A program made the translations under genes and the position numbers. A stretch of 61,022 bases of DNA, counting the filler, from Circinaria calcarea (Eukaryota): NCBI GenBank assembly GCA_051942165.1. It is 6 parts of 6 records of this genome, joined end to end, with 100 filler letters (N's around TTAATTAATTAA, not from the genome) between each part and the next. Parts side by side here need not be neighbours in the genome. Positions count along the whole stretch, not along the records: positions 20,403 to 30,496 come from JAVECS010000848.1; positions 30,597 to 40,684 come from JAVECS010000849.1; 4 more parts are not named here. One strand, written 5' to 3'. Positions within the stretch are counted from its first letter, which is position 1; every line of letters starts with the position of its first letter. Shown here piece after piece: positions 24,090-35,699 of this stretch. The notes under the pieces were generated by a model that saw only the letters and a program-made list of their open reading frames with translations, was not told the DNA's origin and made no database searches.

Positions 24090-26022
24090 CCATTCGTCGA
24101 GGTATCAGCTCGAAATGGAGGAGGAGGAACGCCTTCTACAAAGTACGGCGGTCAGGAAATTTATAGTTTGCTTGCAGTATCAAACCCAAGTGTCAAAGGG
24201 CCACTCATCTAAATTAGTTCCGAGGCTGACATCCTTATTCTGCGGGTTTCCAGTAACACACGTTTTCGTGTGCTCTGTGCTCTTTGCTCTTGTGCATTGT
24301 ACGACGTTTTTCCCCAGAGGTATGATCGATGCAGCAGCCAACTGCAGGCCTGAGCGTTGAGCAGCATGACCGCGTCTGCATTGTTGGGGTTCGGATTTGT
24401 GCCCTTGCCATAGGAGGTGCTGTCCTTGCTGTTCTCCCACCACTGCAGCTTCAGGGTTCGGCGCCTCATTCCGAAGCGTGATGGCTTGGGCTCAAGCAGA
24501 TAAGATTACGGTAGCATTGTAGAAGGCCAGGTGGATGCAAGCGCGGTCGAACGGAAGAGCAGAATGTTCTAGTGCATTGGAAGTAGCCATTCGATTGCAG
24601 AATCCGGAGACAGTCGTATGCAGGAGGGTACTTTTTCTGTGTATGTTGAGTACCACAATGGAGTATCTGATGGATGTTTGATGTGCCCTCTGCAGCAATT
24701 GCTGTCGTAGATCATGTCAAAAGTGTGACGACCAATAAGCCCCTCCCACCCCCATCTCGCTCGGCTGACCTCGTACGTCATCCCACTTTCCGAGCATCTC
24801 CACGATATGGAATCATGCTGGTAGAACAGTATGTCGGATACAGACGTTTATGCTTGACGCCTTCAAGCCTTTGTGTAACGCTGGAGGAACCAATGGGAAT
24901 CTAGCATCTTGGAGCGGTCCGGTCCGCAAGCTTCCTCTACAATGGCGTAAGAGTGCCCTGAGGCTAGGCTGATGCCTCGAATACCCGCTGTCGTTGTTAG
25001 ACGTGAAGGCGTACCCACCGGGTGTGGCATGGCATGGCGTCACGTTCGAGACAAAAGACTGCTTCCTCCCGAATTAACCGTTGCTCGCTAACTCTCCAAT
25101 TGACGAAGCTAGTCTGTCTGTCTCACACCGCCTGGAATATACAATTAGGGCATTTCGCTAAATGGGTTGGTTATCGGAGGATGATTGTGGGCGCGGAATC
25201 AGTGTGACCCAGCCAATGCGCACCCTGCAGGGAGAAGTGGCCCTGGCCTACCTTAGCTTTACATCGGAGCTATATGCTGTTGGTGAACCTTTCCTGACCA
25301 ATAGAGTTCATGTCAGCGTCGAGGCACCGCCCCCTGGTCCTTACGGCATCAGGCTTAGGGTACCGGTACCGGCCTCCCGTACATATCAAAACCTACTACA
25401 CCGTACGGTGCAGCGAAATTTAGCCAAATGCCCTAAATATCCTCCCTGTACGGAGTTCATCAAAGCGGACAGTTCTCCGTTGAATCATGCCGCCAACTGC
25501 AGCCAGCGCAGATCAACCATCCACAAACCCACCTTATCTCTCCTTCCTCCCTCCTCCCGGATGGGATGTCAATCCCCCCCAACCGTCTCGGCACGGGTAG
25601 CACTGCAGGTTCGATACTGCCAAGACCGCCAGGCCGCTACTGCGGTAAGACTAGTCTAGTTAACCGAATATCCACGAGCCACACCATTCTGGCTCGAATC
25701 TCGAGTGGGGGTTGAGCACGGGTCGAGGACTGGTTGAGGGTGGAATGATCAGGGTCAGGAGAGAATCTCTTGCTTTATCTGTGTATTTGTGTTCCCGCTT
25801 TCGAGGCGGTTTGCGTGCTCGAAAGCTGAAGATCCACGCTTACCGGGTACGACATCATCGGAGTCCGATCATCGCCTGACTAGTCGCCCTTTTGACATGG
25901 ACTATATATCCAGAATCCCGTTGTCAAGCACTCTCTCTACCGCACTTTGCACCCTCTTCCGTGCTTCATACTTTTACTCTTTGTCAATCAGACCACTACC
26001 GGCCCATTGAACGGACCGAGGC

Positions 26023-27385
26023 ATGGAGCAGGCAATTGACAAAGAGATAGGTGAGATAGGTCGAACAGCAGAGTCTTCGCTGGATCGAGAACGAGGAGAT
26101 ATCGGGCCCACACCACAGAATGATCGCCTTGGAGTCCGGCTGAGGAAACATCTTGCGGCCGAAGTCAGCAAGGAGCACACGGATATCTTGATGTTGACAT
26201 GTTGCTTCATTTCAGGCTTGCTCGATAGCGTGGTTTACAGCGGTATGTTGGCACCCGGCTACCCCCGTTCCGTCTTTGCAACTTCTCCTCCTCTGTTGTC
26301 TTCGTTATTGCAATTCGCTTCCGTTCGCTTTCCCGCTCGATGCCAAGTGCATGGTCAATAGGCCGGGAACCTTTCAGGGAGGAAGCCGCATCACAAGTAT
26401 GAAAAGAACATTGTTTTGTGTCAAATATTACTTGGCGATGAAGGAGCAGCGGATTACCTATCCAACGGTCTTCTCCTGGGTGCGTTCCCCTTGGATTTTG
26501 TCTGATCGCTCATTTAATCACTTTGGGCTCTTGCAAAGATCTACATGTATCTCCGAGACCCATAGCTGTCAATCTCAACAGCGCTGTTCTGCACTCCCGT
26601 ACGCACCATATACTGACCTCCTTCCCGAATAGCCTACGGTACCTTCGTATCCATGCAAACCGGTAAGCCGCGTCCCCACCACAAAACCTCAACTTACCCA
26701 ACTAAATCACAACCTAGGCAATACTATTTTCGTCGGCCTTGGTGCTTCAGGTCAAAACGCTAATAAACCCTTTGGCTGGGCCAAGTCCCTTACCTCGATA
26801 TTCTGCTTTATCCTCGGCTCCTTCTTCTTCTCCCGCTACTGCCGACTCTTGGGACCGCTCCGGCGCTCGACCCTCTTCTCTTCGTTCCTCATCCAGGTAA
26901 GATTATCCATAGCAGCTACTCATATCGGTTGACACTTAGTTCTGATCTATTACTTGTAGGCCGTTTTCATTATTGTATCGGCTGCTCTAGTTGAAGTCGG
27001 GACCATCGACGGAGAAGTTAATGTGGCCTTCCGAACGATCATGTGGCTCGAAGAAATCCCTATTGCAATGCTTTCGTTCCAGTCCGCCGGACAGATGGTC
27101 ACGAGTCGGAACCTAGGATTGAACGAAATCCCAACCGTCGTATTAACCAGTGTCTTGTGTGACTTTGCAAGCGACCCGGGGTTGGGAAAGAAGGACAATG
27201 TACGGCGAAATAGGAGAGCCCTTGCTTTCGTGTTGATTCTGGTTGGGGCCATTGTGGGCGGATGGATCGCGAAAGCGTTGGGCGGCATGGAAAGTGTGAT
27301 GTGGATTGCGGGGGGAATCAAGCTGTTAATCACCATTGCATGGGTACTTTGGCCGCAGATGCCGCAGCTCGCCATACCTATCTAG
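26023..27385 (+). CDS. DUF1275 (YoaK-like) multi-pass membrane protein; candidate oxalate exporter
   Basis: Exons 26023-26242, 26633-26662, 26718-26896, 26960-27385 give CFISGLLDSVVYSAYGTFVSMQTGNTIFVGLG ... LSFQSAGQ ... EIPTVVLTS ... GAIVGG; about six hydrophobic segments. Confidence 0.87.
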
Positions 27386-28302
27386 ATGAGGTTATGGCGT
27401 TTTCAAGATATTTGGCGTATAGATTGCCAGTGACTTTGGATAGCATTAGATAATTATGAATGAGATTTTTGGCTCATGGAATTACAGCGGTCTTGGTATC
27501 CCCTTTATGATATTCGTTGTAGGATGCGGGCAGGCATATCGCTATCATTTCAAATCGCTACTGCAAAACCGACTTGCCTCTATCAAGGACAATAGGTGTA
27601 GACAACCGTCCGGAAGTCAGCAAAGCGGAAAGTCCTAAAGTACTTTTTCTTTTAAAAAATATTCCCTTTGAAATATTCTGGTTTGAATCGGACTGATGTT
27701 CTCGCCCAGGGCTACGATGAACCCCGTGCTCCGGTTTATCCGGCGCTGGTAAAGGGACAGTAGTGGCGGATAAGAGGAGGAGGGAGTTATAAGGAGCGGG
27801 CAGGGGGTCACGCAGCTTGACTTTGCGACCTGAATTTCCCGCAGCCGTAGTTACTGAGCTTCCAGCCTAGGATTCGGGTACCGGACCACTAATGTTGGAG
27901 GAGTCCTACAAATCCAGAGGGGGTTGCAAACTTTTTGGTTAAGCGCGTGGGGGTTTTCTCGTGCGCTTTCCCTACAGTACCTAGTCGCTGTAACCCTATG
28001 CAGAGAGGGACTATGCTATGGAGGGTAACTTGGTTGATTGGTGGTTGCTAAGTCTAAGTGGTGGGGAAGACTAAATATGGGCAGGTGCTGACTAAGCTCC
28101 ACGTCGCATCCGGCATTGTTTATTTCATATATATTTTTCGTATGAACCGGAAAACCATACCGAGTGATGAACATGTAAGCCAAGAGATCTAGATTCGCAT
28201 AGACGACTGACGCAAACTTGAACTCGCCCCACGGCAGCGACAACCACGATAATTATCAGAGAGGAGAAAGATTTGTTCCTCATTGATCCTCCGTTCGCCA
28301 GA

Positions 28303-29943
28303 ATGCCCACAGCCTTTTCCCGCCCCCTGATAACCAAGGCCCTTATCTCATCCTTCTCCGCGCTCTCGCTCTATCTTCTGTACAAACCCACGTCATCATC
28401 CCACGCGACCAAACCCCAAAATCACATCCCTTCCCCTCTGAAGACCCTTCTTCCCTCCCTTTCACCCTCTGAAATCAAAAACCTCCCCTATCCTCCAGAT
28501 ATCTTCCCCGGAGCGAGAGACATGGAGAGCCCGTACGGCAGTCTGAGGGTTTATGAATGGGGCCCGCCGGAGGGAAGGAAGGTCTTACTGGTTCATGGCA
28601 TTAGTACTATGTGCGTCAGTCTTGGTGAGTGGAAAATTCGGATATTCATGGAATAAAGATAAGAAACGAGATTGAGAAAGGCTGGGCTAGGGTTGATGCT
28701 GACTTTTGGTGGGGGGCATCCAGGCAGTTTAGCAGAAGAGCTAGCGGCGAAGGGATGTAGGGTCATGCTCCTTGGTATGTCACATCGATTTTGTCGAGGT
28801 CCGGCTAGTATACCTGGAGAATATCTTGTTGAGAGTGTTTGGGGGTTCTATGGTTCACCCCGCATTCTCCACACTTATGAGATTATAATCATTGTAGACT
28901 TGAGTGTCACAAGCGTCACCCTAAATTTCTGACTTTGTTGATATTACCTATCGCTTACTAGCCAATTTCTCGCTTTTTTGTAATATTTCTATATCCTTTT
29001 GGCTGTTCTGGGTGCCCTGAATGACAACACGTAACCATTTCCCCAGAGCCACATTAACCTGAACCTAGATCTTTGGGGCCGGGGTTGGAGTGATACACCG
29101 CTTTCGCTACCACATGACACACGCCTATATACAACCGCCATACTCCTGGCCGTGACTTCCTCTCCCATACCTTGGACAAGTTTCTCCCTGGTTGGATATT
29201 CCCTTGGTGGAGGCATCGCCGCATCCTTCACTTCCTTCTTCCCAAACCTTGTCGATTCCCTGGTCCTCATAGCGCCAGGAGGTCTCATTCGACCGCATCA
29301 TTTCAATCGCTTCAATAAACTACTATACTCGACGAGTCTCGTCCCAGAGTGGATTCTAGGTTGGCTAGCCAGGAGGAAATTGAGCGGAAACACAGCTTCA
29401 ACCCCAGCGACGTCAGAGGATGCGGATGCACCAGTTGCTGGCGAGATACCGCCTAGAAAGGATACTTTCAGCGCTGCGGTGTTGTCAAAACGACGGCCGG
29501 AAATGACTGTCGCAAAAGCCGTGGTAAGTATCTCTTCCTTATGGCTGTCTCTCGTTATGGTGCTAGAGTAGGCTGAACCGTTATTATCACCGTAGGCTTG
29601 GCAGCTTCAATATCACCAAGGTTTCATTTTGTCCTACACGTCCAGCATTCGTTACGGTCCTATTAGCACACAGCACGAGGAGTGGAGACGGATCAGCAGA
29701 CAGCTTGCTGCCCAGAAATCTTGCATCGGAAACCTAGACGAAAAGCCTCATAGCGATAAGGTCCTCATAGTCTGCGGAAGAAGTGACCCGATCATAAACG
29801 TGGAAGAGCTGATGGAAGATGCCAAGGAAACCTTAGGGCCCGAGAACGTGCGATTCGAGGTTTGCGATGCTGGGCATGATCTTCCAATTACAAAATCACA
29901 GGAGATTGTGTCGCATATATGGAAGTTTTGGGAGTCCAAGTAA
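28303..29943 (+). CDS. Alpha/beta-fold hydrolase with N-terminal membrane anchor
   Basis: LLVHG, DLWGRGWSD, nucleophile elbow GYSLGG, GRSDPII (acid), DAGHDLP (His); four introns. Confidence 0.9.
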
Positions 29944-30496
29944 TCACTTCGCCAGGTTAAGACGTTGCCTTGCAAAGCGTGAAGGCCAACATGCAACTGT
30001 TGAATATTTTGGCATGTTGCAATGTCCGCGAACGTGGAGTCACTGGAGTGTACGCTTTCTTCTTTCTTCCCACTTTAGCGCATTCCTCGAGTGGTACTTA
30101 GCACACAACCCTAACTAAATGCGGCAAGCAGGAGTGCTTTACTTTCGAAATCGGTTTCCTAAACATTGTCAGTAAGACATAGGGAAAGTCGGTGTCAATC
30201 CCCAGATGGTTTTTCTTGTTCATCTATCTTTGTGCTCGCTATGTCTCTTACTAAAGATTTCGAGCTGCAAACGGGCTGTGATATTCTTGCTTTGTTCTAC
30301 TGCCTACCCCATTTTTTTTATGACATGTATAGCTGCCTTCATGGACATTCTTTACAACCTTGTACATAGCTTTGCACTTACATGTTATCAACAGAAACGA
30401 TGTTTTGACAATTCTAGTCCTCCTCTCGTCATAATTAACACATGTCATATCTGCTCGCACCTGGCTCTACCCTATCCTACCCAAGCAGCAAAAAAT

Positions 30497-30596
30497 NNNN
30501 NNNNNNNNNNNNNNNNNNNNNNNNNNNNNNNNNNNNNNNNTTAATTAATTAANNNNNNNNNNNNNNNNNNNNNNNNNNNNNNNNNNNNNNNNNNNN
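30497..30596. other. Artificial contig linker
   Basis: N44-TTAATTAATTAA-N44. Confidence 0.99.
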
Positions 30597-31654
30597 TCCT
30601 CCCTCCTCCCTCCTCCCTGTTCCCTCCTCCCTACCCCTTTCTCCATACCCCCTATTCCCTACTCCCTACTCATTCCCTATTCCCTACCCATCCCCCACCA
30701 CTCCCTCTACCTTATCGAACTCCCTCGCCCCTATTATTACAAAAGGGGCCAGAGCAGCCTGAAAAGTCGTGCGGACGGTGGTGCATGGAGGTTCTGGGAC
30801 GTGGCGTGTAAATGAAGGGATAATGAGTAATGCGGTTTGAGAAGTAGGGGGAGGATGGGAATTTTTGAGGAAAATGGGATTTGGGATTCTGGGATTTGAA
30901 ATTTGCTGTGTAGATTTGGGAGCGTTTTGGGGTTTATGGGGGGATTTGTATGGTAGTAGAAGAAAGCGGCAGGGATCAGGGCCCAGGCGAATTAGAAGGT
31001 TGAAAGTTGGGGATGGAGATTGGAGATGGGAATTGAAAGGGTAAACCGAGAGTTTTTGCGCGGTTGGTGGTATATTCTTATGATCGATTCATCAACCTTA
31101 CATAGAATAGGCTTGTTACAAGGCCGTTCCGGTAACCCTCGGACCCAAGGTATTGGATCGCGAAGGTTTCTATGATTAAATATATTTACCTTATCGTTCT
31201 CCCAACGTGTAGCACGTTTTCGAAGTTCGGAATACGGATATTGATTTTAGAAGTCTGGATAGAGAGGGCTTTATCATGTTTGGGATGATAGTTGGATGGT
31301 GAGGTAGACAGGAGGGGGAGGAGGGATGGGCGGTTGTTTTGGAAGGTAGCTTAAGGACGGCGGTGAAGGAAACAGAAAACAGAAGAGCAAGGGAGAGCGA
31401 GAGAGAGAGAGAGAGAGAGAGAGAAGTGAATGGAAGGGGTGGTAACTAGAGAGGACAAGAAAGGGAGGGGAGACTTAACTGTTGGAACAGGCAGGCCTGG
31501 AAGTAGATGGGAATCTGGTAGAAGAAAATTACATGGCTTATAGTATTTGGTGAGCTCACCGCTGCGTTGGGGTATCAATCACTTTCTGCTCGCGGCTCGG
31601 TTCTAGTCTCTTATACGTATAAGCAAGATCTTAGATTTAGATGTCATAACAGTA

Positions 31655-33434
31655 TTATTCCTTATTCTTCGGAACAGCCAACTCCGATCCCTCCCATCCA
31701 CCGCCCATTTCGTATATAGGATGTGCTGGCATTTCCAACGGAATCACTTCACCACTCACTTCAGGAGTATATGTTTGACCGTCTTGTGCGCTCATTTCGG
31801 GAGTATACGTCTCACCCCCTTCTCCGCCCATTTCACAATATTCCTCGCCATCCACCTCGTACCCCCTAAATTCAGTTATCTGGGCGTCGAGTTCCGCGTT
31901 CTGAGGTCTTTTGGTTTCGATTTCGGGGGAAGAGAGTTCGGCGTCTGGCCGTGCGGAAGCCGGTGACGGGTGTTTTCTCTTTCCTTTAATGTGTCTGTGG
32001 AGAAAATACCACACCAGGCCGAGAATAACGAGAGCCGAGACGATGGCCACAAAGATACCGGCGACTATAGATTTACTCAGCTTACGAGCTGGGATTACTG
32101 GAGATACGTCTGTTGCGTTTGGTGCAAGAATAGGTACTAGTTTCGCAGGTACGCCGGGATCAGGAAATAGAACTTGCGAGACGGAGAAAGAAGAACGGTC
32201 ATAGTCAACCGTTAAATAGGCTTCCTGGAGAAACGTCCGGCCGAGGGTGTACTGTGACGAGTTTTGGGCACGGCGTAAAGGGAAGTAACGCGAAGTGATA
32301 TTTCCTATAAAGAAATCGCCGGCTCTAAGATCGAAACTAGCGTAGGGAAGCTTGATGTCAATAGTTTGTTCACTATTGGCAAGGCCGTTGCTGAGACTAA
32401 GCGTAATATTGGGGTTCATGGCCACAAGTTTGTCGTGTAGTGTGTCATTCACCGGGTAAAGGTTCGAATCCTCGTTCCAAACAAGGTCGAAGACGGACTC
32501 GAACCGCTCGCAAGCAGAGACCGGCAACCAGATTTGAGCAACGGTAGAATCAATATAAGCCACGATGCTTTCTGGAAGGAGGGAGTCCTGGCCACTAGTA
32601 ATTGCTGAGATACCTAGAATCAAATCTCGGTTTGTATCCGCACCCATGACAACTGTAACGTTTTCTGGAGCAGCTTTTGTAGAGTCGTAGCCTCCGAATG
32701 TGAGACTACCATATCTAGGTATGGGCATATAGGATGCACCAGCCGTATATCCGTAGGACAAACTCGGAATCCTGTTGTCATCCCGTAAAGTTGTCAACAT
32801 GCTAGGAAACGGCGACGTGAAATTTGTGACATTGACTGGATACGGGGACAGCCCAAGATTTCCAATGTAAAAGTCGTTTGAGACAAAGCCAGTCACCACC
32901 TGATGGTTCAGGGTTGGTCCTCCACTTCCTGGCCATCCCAGAGTAACGTTGTCGAAGCCATAATCGGCATTACCTGAATACCCAAGGTAGCGTCCGGAGT
33001 ACAGTGGTAATTGGAAGAGGCCTTGATCTTGCCATGTTGCCGATTTGTTCATATGAAACGTATTCCCTCGAAGATCGTTGCAGCCTGGATCAGACTCAGT
33101 GCAGCCTTGGGACAAAACCACCCAATCGGAGGACTGTGAAGTTGAAGGAAGAACTCGAGTGACTTGCGGAGGGGTCCCGATTTGAACAGCGAAGGTGGAC
33201 CAAGATCCATCATTGCCATCCCTATACTGGAGTTAGAACGTTCATAGAAAATGGCAGAGCAGGTCGCCGGTCTGCCCTGACGATTGCATACCAAGCTTGG
33301 CTGGGCGGGAAGGCAATGGGTTTTGGACGTCGTGAATCCGCACCGAAGACAAATAGGGGGAAACAGGAAAAACAAAAGAAAGGAAAAGCAGTAAGGCTAC
33401 AGTAAATTGAGCTTGAATGGGGATAAGAAAACAT
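31655..33434 (-). CDS. Single-pass membrane pepsin-fold (A1) protein lacking the first catalytic Asp
   Basis: Signal-like N-terminus; intron 33222-33291; WDGNDGSWSTFAVQIGTPPQVTRVLPST; GSLTFGGYD; IDSTV; LGRTFLQEAYLTVDYD; TM helix IVAGIFVAIVSALVILGLVWYFL. Confidence 0.88.
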
Positions 33435-35699
33435 GTAGTCCAAACACTGCTGGTATAGCACCCGTGAACCGAAAGTTCGCAGCAAGACCTCGTGATATAT
33501 TGCCAGGAAGTGAACATTGTCTTGAAGATAAAGGATTAAGAGCGAAGCTGTAACGAGGCTGTAAGTGCATCATCCCCAGCTCATGCAGCTGATTATTGAA
33601 CGGCTGCAGAGGCCTGTACGGCGTATTTCATCCGAAGTAAGACCTTCAATGCCTCGAGCAAACGAGGGTTATGTTGCAATTAGGCGATTACGAATAGTAG
33701 TTACGAGATAATTACTTGAGCGAAATACCAAACGGTTATTCGTACGCATGGAAAGTGCGGGAATGCATACACGGAGAAGCGGAATTACCGTATTGGGTAT
33801 AGCTCAGGGGGTGGGGAAGTATTTGCACAGATTTCCTATATTTCCCACATGTATTCTAGGTCTTTATATAGGAGTGGCAATAACAAATACCGATTCGCAC
33901 TATACTGGTCTACAAGCATATCAGTCGTTAGTAAGCTTGGCAAAACAGGGTATATTTTGAGTATAGCGACCAATTAAATCCCCGTATTAGCAGATCGCAC
34001 TAACGACAGATATACTTTTAGACCAGTATTTTCAACAGGTTATTCTTTGGAGTAAGCTAGTGTTCTAGCGCACTAGCCCCGGGCTTCCATTTCCTCGAAT
34101 GCATCATCGCACACAATATGCCTGTCTTGCCCAGCCTGCCAATGGTGGTCCTTCGTCAAATTATGCAAACTACCCTGCCTCAGCCTCCACGAATCATACC
34201 CTCCGGACACGGCATAAGCATGCAGGATGCAGGTTCTTTGGCCTTGCCGCACTCAGCCATCAAAAGATTCGATACCAGTTGAATCTGGCTATTAACCCCG
34301 TGTCTAGGTGTTCGTCGCTTAAGCTCCGGGGGTTCGCCCGGTAAAATACAAAGCGAACTATTATCCGAAACCATAATTTATGGTCGCAGGGAAATAATTC
34401 ATAGGCTACTCTGTACATTGCCTAATTGTGCTCTTGCTTTATGTTTCCGCTTAAAAAGGGCTTTGCCCAACCAGTCAAAAACAAGCGAGTGTTATGATTG
34501 AAGCGCATAGAAGATAGCAGAGAAACAGCGCTAAATGGGTGCGCCTTTCGCTCCAAATCTCAGCCATCTCCCGAGTATTCTTACACATTCTCTCGACTTT
34601 TCACTTTCTACGCACACATAATATTTCACACACAATATCTCACACAGTATTTCGCTAGCCTTTATCAATACATACATGCCAGTTATACCGTGCAGCCTGT
34701 TGAAGACGTAGCGCCCTTCCTGTAATGCACCCTTTTGTCCTGGCTTAGAGTGAATGTGCCTAGTTTTTATTATGTACTGGGGCAAAAATCAAATACCGGA
34801 AAACTCCCCCCCTAGACATGGGGGCTACTAACATGGACTTGTTTCAAGTGACTGCTTGGTTGAAGGACGATGCCTCTCATCGTTTTAAATCCCGTTGAAA
34901 ACGAACACTGGCAAGGCAGAGAGACAAAGCCTTACACATGATCTTGTCTATCCGAATTATCTTCACATTCGAAACAGTGACATACTCACTCATGGACCCA
35001 GACACCGCGCAGAAATTTCGAGCTGGATCTATGTCGTCCAGCATCGTGCAGGACGCGAACACTGCCACCACCTAGGTATGTAACTAGTCGCACCTACGTG
35101 ATGAAGGAGTTCCCCCCTGTTCTGCATCTACATGATTGGCGGAAGACAATTCGAATCCCTGTTACTGCCCTTTTCCTCCGGCTAGAGCCGTGAGTGACTT
35201 TTCTCCTCATGCCTGCCAAAGCCCATTTAAGCAATATAAAGGCGGAAACCCATTGTGGCATGTTCCGGCTGTGCATTGCACGGCCCTGGAGCTCCTCCAG
35301 TATTACATATTATGGTCTCCGCGGCCGATTGCTATTGAAGGATACACTTCGGGGAGTCATCCTTTAAGCACCAAAACCGCGGGCAAAACACTGCAAGATA
35401 CCTTTCTTGGAAACCCCCTACTCTTTCGCCTTTATATGTTTCTGGTCTCAAATTGAGGTTCGTATAGAAATAACCTTTTAAAGAAACTGGCAAAATTAGA
35501 TAGCAAATCATCCCAGCTGATTGACAGAATTCATTTTACGAATCATTAACCTTAATTGTATCCTAAGGGATAATCTCTAGTGTTTTTAAGATATACTTGT
35601 CCTCAGCTGTTTGAATTTGATCTTTCTCCTTTCGGAAGTGGCTTCTGGAATTTCTCTACCAGGCCTGCTCAATATTATTTACCCTAAATTTTTAGTCCT

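Noticed and set aside
30597..31425. CCCT-rich tract and (GA)n run
   Set aside because: Ordinary low-complexity sequence near a contig end.
32461..32471. tRNA T-loop-like GGTTCGAATCC
   Set aside because: Lies inside the aspartic-protease CDS with no cloverleaf.
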